Below, in pieces: positions 10,020 through 19,829 of a stretch of DNA of 64,000 bases. This DNA comes from Candidatus Oxydemutatoraceae bacterium (GTDB taxonomy: Bacteria > Pseudomonadota > Gammaproteobacteria > Poriferisulfidales > Oxydemutatoraceae). The translations under genes and the position numbers were made by a program. Within the stretch, counting starts at the first letter, position 1; each line of letters opens with the position of its first letter. The DNA is taken from the NCBI GenBank assembly GCA_965218975.1, contig OZ244717.1, positions 576,001 through 640,000 of the forward strand. Reading direction: 5' to 3'. The notes beneath the pieces are model-generated. The model saw only the letters and a list, made by a program, of their open reading frames with translations, was not told the origin of the DNA and made no database searches.

Positions 10020-11963
10020 ATGATTCAGTTCATACGAAAAATTCTAACAAATCTCGGCAATAATCCTTTCTGCCGAAAAATTCTAACAAAGCTTGGCGAT
10101 AATCCTTTCTACGAAATTTTTCAACGTTTAAGAAAAGTTTATCGTGTTGGGGATACGGCGACGCGCCGGCGTATTATCTTTCTTCATGTATTTCGCGTGC
10201 TACAAGGTTTACTCCAAACATTTCTCGTTGCCAGCGTGGTAATAATGATATTGCTACTGAAATCTTCCGCAGCGATTCAGGATAATCGTTACGTTGCGTT
10301 AATCTATAACGGGTTAGGTTTTACGGATACTGATGTTTTTGTTTTAGCGTTCACTTTTTTAGTAATCCTTGCTTTTATAATCGGGGGAGTTTTAAATTTT
10401 TTTATGCGCGTTTATTTAATGCGCTTTAACCAGCTAGTCGTTCAATTTTATATGCAAAGGACTCTCAGGCTTAATTTTAGCCGGAGTTATGAAGAAAACT
10501 TGATCATCAGTACCGATGAAATGCTGCACAAATCAATGGGTGTAGTCCAACAAGTTATTTCACAATCCATTTCGATGGCAGCCCGATTGGTTTCAATAAT
10601 CATCAACTTGTTCGTAATCAGTCTGGCGCTTTTCGTATTGAACTTTATTTTTGCGGTCGTTATGTTTCTCACCCTAATACTTTACTACGTCACAATTTAT
10701 AACTTCTCCAAGCGAAAGCTTGTTATTTACAGCAAGCAGATGTATGAGTTGCGGCGACAAAAGATTAAGGTGTTGCGAGAGGGGTTTTCCGGCTATCTGG
10801 AAGTGTTTTTGCTCGGCAAAAGAGAAGAATACCTTTGCTTCTTCCGGCGTAATTTTGTTAAGCAGTTCACGATTCAATTAAAGACTTTTTTCCTTAACCA
10901 GATTCCCTCAACCGGCATCAAGATGTTAGTTGTTCTTATATTGTTTACAGTAGCGGCATTTGTAATTTTGGGAGGAGGCGAGGGGCAGGATTTAACGGGG
11001 TTTATTATTTCTATAGGGGCAGCTTATCGAATGCTTCCGCTAGTAGCGCAACTTTACAATGTTTCTACTGGGGTTAAGAAAACGAGCTTCCAGTACCAAA
11101 AAGTAAATGAGGATTTAGAGGAACGCGTGGACACAGAAACTTTACCGCAGCAACCGGATGAAAAAGTATTTGGCGCTTCCATGCACGTGAGGCTTGATCA
11201 TGTTGATTACTCATATATTAAAGATCCCGATCAGCCTCTAATCATCAAAGATTTGTCGCTTTCAATAGAACCTGGTGAGGTGGTTGTTTTGTGCGGTCGC
11301 TCCGGAGCAGGAAAAACAACAGTTGCCAGACTAGTTAGCGGTTTAGTGCAACCCGACCGCGGCAAGATGACAGTCAACGGATTATCCTTAAAAGATAAGA
11401 GAATTAGGCAGCAATGGTATTATTCGCTCGGGTATATTGTCCAAAAGCCATTTTTTTCCGATGATACTCTCGCCGCAAATATCGCGTTTGAATTAGACTA
11501 TAAAAAAATAGATTTTCAAAAAGTGGAAGATGTTGTAAAGAAGGCATGCCTTAATGACTTTGTCGCATCATTACCCGAAGGTCTGAATACGCCTATTGGT
11601 AAAAGTGCTGTTACAATCAGCGGCGGTCAAGCGCAAAGGTTAGCGATCGCACGTACGCTTTATTGCGGTGCAAAGATGTTAATTATGGATGAGGCGACTA
11701 ATGCTTTGGATTCAATGACCGCAAAAGAAGTAATCCGATCGCTTTTAGCAATCACACCGCGAAAATCGTTTCTGATAATTTCTCACGGCATGGAAAGTCT
11801 CAGCTGCGCCGATCGGATTATGGTTATTGATGATGGACGCATAGGGGTGCAAGGGACATACGATGAGTTGCTGGACCGTAGCGATTTATTTTTATCCCTC
11901 GTCCGGCAGTACAGTAAAAATATTGCTTCTACGCCAAAGCCAGCTATAGATTTGCCGCAATAG
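10020..11963 (+). CDS. ABC exporter, fused permease/ATPase (glycan/polysaccharide-associated type)
   Basis: N-terminal TM helices, GRSGAGKT, ISGGQAQR, MDEATNALD; adjacent glycosyltransferase. Confidence 0.88.
   Translation: MIQFIRKILTNLGNNPFCRKILTKLGDNPFYEIFQRLRKVYRVGDTATRRRIIFLHVFRVLQGLLQTFLVASVVIMILLLKSSAAIQDNRYVALIYNGLGFTDTDVFVLAFTFLVILAFIIGGVLNFFMRVYLMRFNQLVVQFYMQRTLRLNFSRSYEENLIISTDEMLHKSMGVVQQVISQSISMAARLVSIIINLFVISLALFVLNFIFAVVMFLTLILYYVTIYNFSKRKLVIYSKQMYELRRQKIKVLREGFSGYLEVFLLGKREEYLCFFRRNFVKQFTIQLKTFFLNQIPSTGIKMLVVLILFTVAAFVILGGGEGQDLTGFIISIGAAYRMLPLVAQLYNVSTGVKKTSFQYQKVNEDLEERVDTETLPQQPDEKVFGASMHVRLDHVDYSYIKDPDQPLIIKDLSLSIEPGEVVVLCGRSGAGKTTVARLVSGLVQPDRGKMTVNGLSLKDKRIRQQWYYSLGYIVQKPFFSDDTLAANIAFELDYKKIDFQKVEDVVKKACLNDFVASLPEGLNTPIGKSAVTISGGQAQRLAIARTLYCGAKMLIMDEATNALDSMTAKEVIRSLLAITPRKSFLIISHGMESLSCADRIMVIDDGRIGVQGTYDELLDRSDLFLSLVRQYSKNIASTPKPAIDLPQ
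10035..10112 (+). repeat. 39-bp in-frame tandem duplication at the ABC exporter N-terminus
   Basis: RKILTNLGNNPFC / RKILTKLGDNPFY, units 10035-10073 and 10074-10112. Confidence 0.9.
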
Positions 11964-11964
11964 G

Positions 11965-12798
11965 ATGAAAATCATTTATCCTGAATTTTCTTTGCGCGAG
12001 CAGTATCAGTTTGGTGTGGCGATTATGGTACGTGACCGACCTTATTATGTGAAACGCTGTTTCAACAGTTTGAAGAAGAGCGATTTAACAGATACATTGA
12101 TCATTGTGCTTGACGATGCCAGCGAAAATACTGAAACGTTTGAATTTGTTAAGAATTTTTCCATACCGGATGTCCCAATCATCAAGATTTTGCTTTCAAA
12201 GCACATTAACTTTAATCTTCATAACCATCTGAAGCTAATGTGGGATATGCTATCTGAAAAATATGATTGTCAATACCTTTGCGTTTTAGATTCGGATATG
12301 ATTGTAAAACAACATTGGCTAAAAGCGCTTTACACGTTGCATGAAAAGGGTAAGCAAAAACACGGTAAGTGTATTGTTAGCGGTTTTAACAATTGTTCAC
12401 GTCGTGTAATATCATGCTCTAAAGAATATCGTGTTACGCCTGTACTTGGCGGCGCAAATATGTTTTTCGGTGCGCTGCTATACCACCAAATGGTCAGATA
12501 TTGTTTATGCAATTTTTGGGATGAACATTTGTGTAAAGCGGTTCAGTCTAGCGTTAAACTGCTTATTACTCACCCTTCTGTCTGCCAGCATATCGGGAAA
12601 CAAGGTTTGTTTTCCGGAGGAAATTTCAAATTCGACTTTGCGTTAGATTACTCATGGGCCGACACTATTTGCTACTCTCCGTTCTATCTGTGTAGGGGGT
12701 ATTGGCCTATGCCGTTAAGTTTTTATAAAAGTAAATTTTTTAGCTGGTTGTATAGTGCCGGATACATATGGGACTCACGGCACGATTCGAAAAGGTGA
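11965..12798 (+). CDS. Glycosyltransferase family 2-like protein; C-terminus supplied by an IS end
   Basis: IIVLDDAS, LDSD (DxD) and QHIG motifs; last ~16 codons lie within the IS end starting at 12749. Confidence 0.75.
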   Translation: MKIIYPEFSLREQYQFGVAIMVRDRPYYVKRCFNSLKKSDLTDTLIIVLDDASENTETFEFVKNFSIPDVPIIKILLSKHINFNLHNHLKLMWDMLSEKYDCQYLCVLDSDMIVKQHWLKALYTLHEKGKQKHGKCIVSGFNNCSRRVISCSKEYRVTPVLGGANMFFGALLYHQMVRYCLCNFWDEHLCKAVQSSVKLLITHPSVCQHIGKQGLFSGGNFKFDFALDYSWADTICYSPFYLCRGYWPMPLSFYKSKFFSWLYSAGYIWDSRHDSKR

Positions 12799-12885
12799 CC
12801 GATATGCAATATCAGCACATTGGCCACCGCATCAAAGGTTTCTATATGAGCCTGTTTAACCTCAAAGATAGAGGCTCATGAGCAC
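12749..12885 (+). mobile_element. Left end of IS481-like element type A (relic)
   Basis: TGTATAGTGCCGGATACATATGGGACTC..., near-identical over ~100 bp to the reverse complement of 51137-51239; contains transposase start MQYQHIGHRIKGFY. Confidence 0.8.
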
Positions 12886-12934
12886 TGCATAAGCTCAGAA
12901 ACATTTGGCACTCCTGCCGACAGGAGGAGAAGCC

Positions 12935-14160
12935 TTGCAGGTCCGACATATAGGTTACCGAATCCGGGGGTTTCCCCGGGTCGCTAAAATCGGGCATAGT
13001 TGGGATACTATGACTTACGATGCAAAACAACGACTCAAAATTCTCACCTTCCAGGAAAACCATGGCATGGCCGCTGCCTGCGATGCATTCAAGATCGGTT
13101 GCCGTACCTTGTATCGGTGGCGGCAGACCTTGAGGGAAGCCGGACACAACGCAGCGGCACTGGCGCCGCGTTCGACCCGCACCGCATCGCCGACGGCAGA
13201 CGCGGCGCCCGCCCGGTTTGATGCAAGCAATCCGTCGTCTGCGCGAGCAGTATCCGAACTTAGGTAAACAGCCGGTGCAGAAGTTGCTTGAGCTGTAGTG
13301 CGAGCGCCACGGCCTAGCCAACCCCAGCGTCTCGACTATCGGGCGCATCATCGCCGCAGCCCCGATAAGATGCGTCGTATCCCGCAGCACCTCAATGCCC
13401 GCGGCCGGCGCCGACCGTACCGCTGGGTCAACAGGTAAAGTCTTTGAGCTGATGAAACCGTTTTGTGTTTGTTGGTGGATTGTCGGCAAGGTGCCTGTCA
13501 TCCATGACGCGACTGGGTTCTGTCAACAAGCCCCAGCCCCGACATCCTTGTCGGGTCGTTCACCGCTGAAAACCAATTGGTTTTCCGAGCGCGTCTCACC
13601 CATGACGAGACTTGGTTCTGTCAATGAGCGCCAGCCCCGACGTCCTTGTCGGATCGTTCGCCGCTGAAAACCGATCGGTTTTCCGGGCGCGTCTCACCCA
13701 CCGCTACGTGTTCACCTTCATTGACCCGCGCTCGCGCGTTGCGTTTGCGTGGGCTTCCACTACCCGCAGCAGTCGGCGCAGCGCACACGCCCTGCGGCTG
13801 TTGTGTGAACTGGTGCCGAAACCGATCAACTATATTTTGTCCGACAACGGCTCGGAGTTTATGAAGGACTTCGAGACCGAGTTGAAACAGCGCCGGACCA
13901 CCCACTGGTGGACCTATCCGAAGTCACCAAAGATGAACGCGCACGTCGAGCGCTTCAACCGCAGCTTGCAGGAATCATTCACGGACTACCGCGCAGCTTC
14001 TTTGCGAGAAGCTCCTGTTCATTGATATGGCCCCTGCTTTAACCGGGAATTGGTGCAATGGCTGGTGTTTTACAACACCCAACGCCCCACCATTCACTGG
14101 GGTTGCAATCCCCGATACAATCGCTCCTGACTCACCACCCGGAGTGCCAAATGTTATGGA
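12935..14160 (+). pseudogene. IS481-family transposase pseudogene
   Basis: HTH AACDAFKIGCRTLYRW, YPNLGK, rve motifs RYVFTFID, LSDNGSEF, PKMNAHVERFNRS spread over several frames, with a stop and a repeat insertion. Confidence 0.85.
13436..13699 (+). repeat. B-A-A' repeat cassette (partial B spacer plus two 98-bp units)
   Basis: 13504-13601 and 13602-13699 are reverse-complement copies of the unit arrayed at 49469-50907; 13436-13503 matches part of the B spacer. Confidence 0.93.
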
Positions 14161-14195
14161 CCTATACAGCATCGTACACGCTGAATCAATGTGCT

Positions 14196-15062
14196 CTATA
14201 ATACCGTAGGCAGCTTCTCCAGAAAGATTCCAAGAAACACAATCAATCCGAGCCAAGCGTTATTAGTAAAGGCGCTAAGGCATGCAGTCGCTTCGCGCTC
14301 GCGGATTTCCCATAACTGATACAGCGCAAGAACGGCAGCGATAGCGATGCCGGCATAAAACCATAGGCCAAGTCCGAATAATTTTCCGGCAAATAAAAGT
14401 AGTGTCAATCCTGCGGTGTGAAACAGGCCGATAAATACTCTGTCATAGCGTCCGAATAAGATAGCGGTTGATTTAATTCCCGCTTCGAAATCATCGTCGC
14501 GATCAATTAACGCATAAATGGTGTCGTACGCAACCGTCCAACAAATATTCGCCGCATACAGTAGCCAGATGGCGGTAACTGGAAAGGTGTTGTTTTGTGC
14601 GACCCATGCCATTGGAATCGCCCAGCCGAATGTGACCCCAAGATATACTTGCGGTAGGTGATGCCAGCGTTTCATGAGCGGGTAGCTAATAATGAATGTA
14701 AGTGCGACAAGCGACATTAGAATCGTCGCAATATTCATTATTAACACCAATGTGAATGCAATCAACAATAAAATGGCGGCGAGCAGGCGCGCTTCAAAGA
14801 CGCTGACTGCACCGGTTGCAAGCGGTCGGTCGCGGGTGCGCTTCACTTGCGCATCAAATTCGCGATCGACATCATCGTTAATAACACAGCCGGCTGAACG
14901 CAATAGGATGACACCGAGCACAAAGACAACGAAAACGGTACGGCTCGGCTGTTCGTCGCCCGCCAGCCATAGCGACCATAATGTCGGGGCCAACAACAGA
15001 TAAATGCCGACCGGACGGTTCAATCGCATCAGTGCGATGTAGTTGCAAATTTTATCAAGCAT
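14196..15062 (-). CDS. ubiA: 4-hydroxybenzoate octaprenyltransferase
   Basis: MRLNRPVG, AGCVINDDVDREFD..RTRDRPL, YDTIYA..DRDDD..GIKSTA. Confidence 0.95.
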   Translation of the reverse strand: MLDKICNYIALMRLNRPVGIYLLLAPTLWSLWLAGDEQPSRTVFVVFVLGVILLRSAGCVINDDVDREFDAQVKRTRDRPLATGAVSVFEARLLAAILLLIAFTLVLIMNIATILMSLVALTFIISYPLMKRWHHLPQVYLGVTFGWAIPMAWVAQNNTFPVTAIWLLYAANICWTVAYDTIYALIDRDDDFEAGIKSTAILFGRYDRVFIGLFHTAGLTLLLFAGKLFGLGLWFYAGIAIAAVLALYQLWEIREREATACLSAFTNNAWLGLIVFLGIFLEKLPTVL

Positions 15063-15454
15063 TATTTATGATGAGTATAATGTCATAGAGATTAATCTTA
15101 TGGCAATTCGCGATTATTGTGGTAGGCAGCCCCAAATTGCCCCTAGTGCTTTTGTCGACGAGATGGCGCTAGTGATCGGTGACGTCGTAATCGGCACCGA
15201 TAGTTCGGTTTGGCCGATGAGCGTTATCCGCGGCGATGTGCAGCCGATTCGAATTGGTGCACGCACCAACATTCAAGATGGTAGTGTTTTGCATGTTACC
15301 GGCAACGATAAGATTCCCTCCGATGTTTTCCCGCTGCAAATTGGTAATGCGGTTACGATCGGACACGGTGCGATATTGCACGCATGCACGATCGGAGACA
15401 TGAGTTTAATCGGTATCGGAGCAATTGTTTTGGACGGTGCAATCGTAAGTGGCG
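15022..15454. repeat. 433-bp direct repeat, copy 1 (target duplication of the IS1634 element)
   Basis: Matches 17367-17799; abuts the IS terminal IR. Confidence 0.95.
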
Positions 15455-15459
15455 CTTGA
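15100..15459 (+). pseudogene. Truncated duplicate of the gamma-carbonic anhydrase-family gene
   Basis: Same as the 5' part of 17445-17972; stops at TGA inside the IS end. Confidence 0.9.
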
Positions 15460-17366
15460 CTTCGTAGGTTTTGTCTCGTAAGTGATTGATATTATTGCCT
15501 TCAGGATTCTCAAGGGCACTACATTACGGTGTTGTTTGTAGCCCTCCGCGCTCAGCTTCCCCCAGGGCGTGACTTGTCGGGAAGCGGGAACGGAGCTTCG
15601 TTCCATTTCAGGCCGACACTACGGTAGATCCTGTTGGCGTCTGCGCTCGCGCGGCTCGGCATCGCATACCGCTTCTGTGTGTCGGTATGTGCCAAGATGC
15701 TCAACTGCAAGGTGTCGAGCTCGCGCCGGATCCGCTCCGCGCTCATCGGGAAGCCCAGCGCTTTGAGCCGCCGGCGCAGCTGCTGCAAGCAGCAGAAGGC
15801 CATATAGCAGATCGCAATGTGCGCCTGGATACGCCGCGGCTTCCAGTGAAAGATCGGGCGGATGCAAAGGTCATGCTTGTTAGTGCGAAAGCAATGTTCT
15901 ACTTCCCACAACCGACGGTACTGCGACAGCAATTCCTTTGGCGCCATCTCCTCGTTGCCGTGTGCGATGATTGCGCGCAGGCCGTCCCAACGCGCCGCAT
16001 CGGCCACCTTGGCCGCATCAATCTTAACCCGGCCCTTTGCGGGGAAGCTTAAGTAACAGGCATAGCCGCGCGCCACGAAACCTGCCGGGCGCTCGCTGCG
16101 TTGATACTTCCGGCGCAACTGTGACAATATGCGTTCCCGAACTTCTTGATCCTTGCGCGCGCGCCGGCGTGAATAGGTGACTATGATCCGCCGGCCTTCG
16201 TGGCGAATCATCCGGTAACGCAGGTCCTGCGTTTTGAGCCAGCCTTGATCGTCTGCTGCACTGAGGGCCTGCAGCTTGATCTTGGCCGGGGCCGACTTGA
16301 GACGATAGCCGAGCACATAGGCCAAGCCCTGCTCCTGCAGGAATGTCTGGTTCTCACGGCTCAGCATCGCCGCATCGGCCACTACTGTAAATACAGCACC
16401 CGGATGTCGCTGTTGCAGGGTTGTCACTGCCTGCATCAAGGTTTTGCCCTCAAAGGTGTTGCCCGGCAACAGTGCGTAGTCCACCGGCAGACCGTCGCAG
16501 GTCGTCATCAGTGCCAGCAACACCTGGCAGCGGTGCGGCTTGCCGTCCTTACTATAACCTTTCGCGCGCAACGGGTCCTCTTGCTCGCTCTCGAAGTACA
16601 GGGTCGTGCAATCAAAGAAGAACACCTTGAGGGGCTGATCATACAACTTCTGTGCCGCTTGATGAGACTGTTCCCGGATGTGCGCAATCACCGCCTCCTC
16701 AAGGTGATCCATAGTCTGGTAAACCCGGTCGAGATTGAGCGAAACGCCGCTTCGTTCGAGCTCGCACACCGTAGCGCGCTTGCTCTGCGGCTGCGCGATA
16801 CGCGCCAGTACCAGCTCGCGCAGGATGCGGTTCGCTACTGTGCGCCGCGCCCCCAACACCTGGTTCCAACCCAAGTGCGAATAAATCTGCGTGAACGCCT
16901 CGCGCACCCCAAGTATCAGCCGCATCTCCTCACGGCATTCGGCAAGATCTACCCCGAAGCGCGCCAAACGCGGTGCGTGCCGTGCCTCAGCTGCGAGATC
17001 CGCGTACTGCTTCGGTGTGAACAGCGACTGTTGTGCTGTACCGGCTTGGCGCAGCTCTTCCAAGGTGACCTCGCCGAGCTTGCGCAAAGATGCAAGCTGC
17101 TCGGGACTGTCGGCAGCGCCGATATGCCGAACCACACGCTGACGCGGACCATCGGCAGTGCGCACGGAGCGCACGATCTGCAAGCGAGTGCGGCCACGTT
17201 CGGGATCATATTTTTCACGCAAGTACATAGACCCGAATGATAACCCAAAATCCAAGTGAAAACAAGCCTGGGGGCACTACAATAGGGTTTTTCGGCAGCG
17301 TCCGGGTAACCCTATGATAATAAAAGATTTATTTTTTGCCCAAAGGTCAAAACCTACGAAGTCAAG
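15455..17366 (-). mobile_element. IS1634-family insertion sequence (1912 bp)
   Basis: Perfect 19-bp terminal IRs CTTGACTTCGTAGGTTTTG; single transposase; long flanking direct repeats; subterminal GGGCACTACA at 15514 and 17272; GC-richer than host. Confidence 0.93.
15552..17228 (-). CDS. IS1634-family DDE transposase
   Basis: FFDCTTLYFE, GYSKDGK, VVADAAM, YRRLWEVEHCFR..K, RPIFHW..RIQAHI; start taken at ATG 17228. Confidence 0.93.
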   Translation of the reverse strand: MYLREKYDPERGRTRLQIVRSVRTADGPRQRVVRHIGAADSPEQLASLRKLGEVTLEELRQAGTAQQSLFTPKQYADLAAEARHAPRLARFGVDLAECREEMRLILGVREAFTQIYSHLGWNQVLGARRTVANRILRELVLARIAQPQSKRATVCELERSGVSLNLDRVYQTMDHLEEAVIAHIREQSHQAAQKLYDQPLKVFFFDCTTLYFESEQEDPLRAKGYSKDGKPHRCQVLLALMTTCDGLPVDYALLPGNTFEGKTLMQAVTTLQQRHPGAVFTVVADAAMLSRENQTFLQEQGLAYVLGYRLKSAPAKIKLQALSAADDQGWLKTQDLRYRMIRHEGRRIIVTYSRRRARKDQEVRERILSQLRRKYQRSERPAGFVARGYACYLSFPAKGRVKIDAAKVADAARWDGLRAIIAHGNEEMAPKELLSQYRRLWEVEHCFRTNKHDLCIRPIFHWKPRRIQAHIAICYMAFCCLQQLRRRLKALGFPMSAERIRRELDTLQLSILAHTDTQKRYAMPSRASADANRIYRSVGLKWNEAPFPLPDKSRPGGS

Positions 17367-17799
17367 AATCGCATCAGTGCGATGTAGTTGCAAATTTTAT
17401 CAAGCATTATTTATGATGAGTATAATGTCATAGAGATTAATCTTATGGCAATTCGCGATTATTGTGGTAGGCAGCCCCAAATTGCCCCTAGTGCTTTTGT
17501 CGACGAGATGGCGCTAGTGATCGGTGACGTCGTAATCGGCACCGATAGTTCGGTTTGGCCGATGAGCGTTATCCGCGGCGATGTGCAGCCGATTCGAATT
17601 GGTGCACGCACCAACATTCAAGATGGTAGTGTTTTGCATGTTACCGGCAACGATAAGATTCCCTCCGATGTTTTCCCGCTGCAAATTGGTAATGCGGTTA
17701 CGATCGGACACGGTGCGATATTGCACGCATGCACGATCGGAGACATGAGTTTAATCGGTATCGGAGCAATTGTTTTGGACGGTGCAATCGTAAGTGGCG
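17367..17799. repeat. 433-bp direct repeat, copy 2
   Basis: Matches 15022-15454. Confidence 0.95.
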
Positions 17800-17972
17800 G
17801 CACAATGGTCGGAGCAAATAGTTTGGTGCCGCCGGGCAAACAATTGGAAGGCGGATTTTTGTGGTTAGGTTCGCCGGTGAAAAAGATCCGTGAACTCAAT
17901 GAAAATGAAAAACGATTTTTAAAATTTTCTGCCGAACATTATGTAGAATTGAAGAACAAACACCGTACATAA
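17445..17972 (+). CDS. Gamma-class carbonic anhydrase family protein (YrdA-like)
   Basis: Hexapeptide repeats, IRGDV, TNIQDGSVLH, GHGAILHAC; yrdA/aroE/tsaC neighbourhood. Confidence 0.92.
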   Translation: MAIRDYCGRQPQIAPSAFVDEMALVIGDVVIGTDSSVWPMSVIRGDVQPIRIGARTNIQDGSVLHVTGNDKIPSDVFPLQIGNAVTIGHGAILHACTIGDMSLIGIGAIVLDGAIVSGGTMVGANSLVPPGKQLEGGFLWLGSPVKKIRELNENEKRFLKFSAEHYVELKNKHRT

Positions 17973-18001
17973 TAACAACAAGTTCGTATCTCAGTAGTGC
18001 T

Positions 18002-18832
18002 TTATTTTCTTAGCTCTGCAATTACCGGTTCGGTTTCAGGACGGGTATTACGCCATAAAGTAAAAGATTCCGCAGCCTGATGCACTAGCATTCCCAACCC
18101 GTCATGGGTTTCGGATACGCCATGTTGATTTAACCAGCGGGTGAAAGCGGTTTCATTCTGCTTGACGGTTTTGTAGGCAAGATCATATCCCCATTGTACG
18201 CGATTGGTGATGGCGGTCGGTACATCAGGTACGACATTTGTCAGGCTAGTTGAAGTTGCGTTAATGACGCAGTCAAAAAATTGGTCGCCGAGTGTGGCAA
18301 AGCTTACTGCGTTGACAATGCCGTAGCTGGAAAATTCTGCGGCAATTTGTTCGGCACGTTTCAATGTGCGGTTTGCAATAGTAATGCTTTGTAAACCGGT
18401 CTTAAGCAAGTCATATAAAATGCCGCGGCAAGCTCCGCCAGCACCGATGATGAGTAGTCTATATCCCTCCGGAGACAGTTGTAATCTCTGCAAGTCGCGA
18501 ATTAAACCGACCCCGTCGGTATTATCGGCAAGGATAACTTGTCCCTGATTCATAACCAGTGTGTTTGCGGCATTTGCAATTCGTGCTCGCGATGTCGCCT
18601 CTTCCGCCAGATTTAGTGTTTGTTCTTTAAACGGTAGTGTTACGTTCGCACCGCAACCGCCCGCTTGCGCGAAATCGGCAACGGCTTTCGCGAAGCCGTC
18701 TACCGGAGCCTCAATAATCTCATACCGAATCGCCTCGTCGGTTTGTTCACCGAATATAGTATGGATCTTCGGCGATAAGCTATGTATCGCAGGATTCCCC
18801 AAGATGGCATAGCGATCGAACTTACGCATCAT
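18002..18832 (-). CDS. aroE: Shikimate dehydrogenase
   Basis: HSLSPKIH, GANVTLPFK, NTDGVG, GAGGA, DGLGMLVHQA. Confidence 0.95.
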   Translation of the reverse strand: MMRKFDRYAILGNPAIHSLSPKIHTIFGEQTDEAIRYEIIEAPVDGFAKAVADFAQAGGCGANVTLPFKEQTLNLAEEATSRARIANAANTLVMNQGQVILADNTDGVGLIRDLQRLQLSPEGYRLLIIGAGGACRGILYDLLKTGLQSITIANRTLKRAEQIAAEFSSYGIVNAVSFATLGDQFFDCVINATSTSLTNVVPDVPTAITNRVQWGYDLAYKTVKQNETAFTRWLNQHGVSETHDGLGMLVHQAAESFTLWRNTRPETEPVIAELRK

Positions 18833-19829
18833 CCTTTAGCCATTCGGCGGTTGCAAGCGCGTAATAAGTCATAATTGCACTTGCACCGGCACGTTTGATT
18901 CCGCTCAATGTTTCCAACACGCAGGGTTTCTCCGCCAACAAGTTTTTCTGTACTGCCGCCTTCAACATTGCATATTCTCCGCTGACGTGATAGGCGAATA
19001 CCGGAATGTCAAAACGTCTATGAATTTGATGAATCACATCCAGATACGGTGTTGCAGGTTTAACCATAATAATATCAGCACCTTCTTTAATATCCAATTC
19101 TGCTTCGGCAAGTGCTTCGCGTGAGTTGGCATAGTCCATTTGATAATTGTCTTTTCCCGTATCGCCGAGCGCGGCGCTAGATCGCACTGCGTCGCGAAAC
19201 GGCGCATAAAAATTTGACGCATATTTTGCTGTGTAAGCGAGGATACGTGTGTTGTGGAAGCGTTGTGCTTCAAGCGCTTGGCGTATGGCTCCGATCCGTC
19301 CGTCCATCATGTCGGAAGGCGCAACGATGTCGGCGCCGGCTTCGGCGTGAGTCAAAGCTTGGCGGCACAGTATTGCGACTGTTTCATCATTTAGTACGTA
19401 GCCGTCGTTGTCTACTATTCCATCTTGTCCGTGTGTCGTGTAAGGGTCCAATGCGACATCGGTAATAACACCGAGTTCAGGCAGCTCTCGTTTCAAAAGG
19501 CGCACTATTGACGGAATCAGTCCGTCGGAGTTATAGGCTTCTGCGGCGCAAGCGCTTTTTTTGTCGGCGGCAATTACCGGAAAGATCGCAATGGCCGAAA
19601 TGTTTAGTTGGTGTACCGTTTGAGCTTCTTTTAGCAGTAAGTCGGGAGTCAGACGTAAGCTGCCCGGCATTGAGTGAATTGCTTCCGACCGATTTTTCCC
19701 TTCCATCACAAACATCGGATAGATTAAATCACTCACATTGAGTGTGTGTTCGCGCATCAGGCGCCGACTAAAATTGTTACGGCGCATTCTGCGCATTCGA
19801 GTCGTCGGGTAATTACGGTGCATCAACAT
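18822..19829 (-). CDS. hemB: Porphobilinogen synthase
   Basis: [38 protein letters not shown]. Confidence 0.96.
   Translation of the reverse strand: MLMHRNYPTTRMRRMRRNNFSRRLMREHTLNVSDLIYPMFVMEGKNRSEAIHSMPGSLRLTPDLLLKEAQTVHQLNISAIAIFPVIAADKKSACAAEAYNSDGLIPSIVRLLKRELPELGVITDVALDPYTTHGQDGIVDNDGYVLNDETVAILCRQALTHAEAGADIVAPSDMMDGRIGAIRQALEAQRFHNTRILAYTAKYASNFYAPFRDAVRSSAALGDTGKDNYQMDYANSREALAEAELDIKEGADIIMVKPATPYLDVIHQIHRRFDIPVFAYHVSGEYAMLKAAVQKNLLAEKPCVLETLSGIKRAGASAIMTYYALATAEWLKDDA

Larger units (their letters stand above)
12886..14168 (+). mobile_element. IS481-family element type B, degenerate, nested behind the type A end
   Basis: Imperfect terminal IRs TGCATAAGCTCAGAAACATTTGGCACTCC / GGAGTGCCAAATGTTATGGACCTATACA. 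Confidence 0.8.

Noticed and set aside
13448-13460. CTGATGA hammerhead ribozyme core in spacer B
   Set aside because: I could not find stem II followed by GAAA or stems I/III; the bases are explained as transposase codons (ELMK).
12842-13501. 219-aa minus-strand ORF
   Set aside because: Antisense to the IS481 pseudogene and starts within the repeat cassette.
12741-14176. Target-site duplications around the IS481-like elements
   Set aside because: Flanks at 12749, 12886 and 14168 do not match each other.
16200-17240. 346-aa plus-strand ORF
   Set aside because: Antisense shadow of the GC-rich IS1634 transposase; no motifs.
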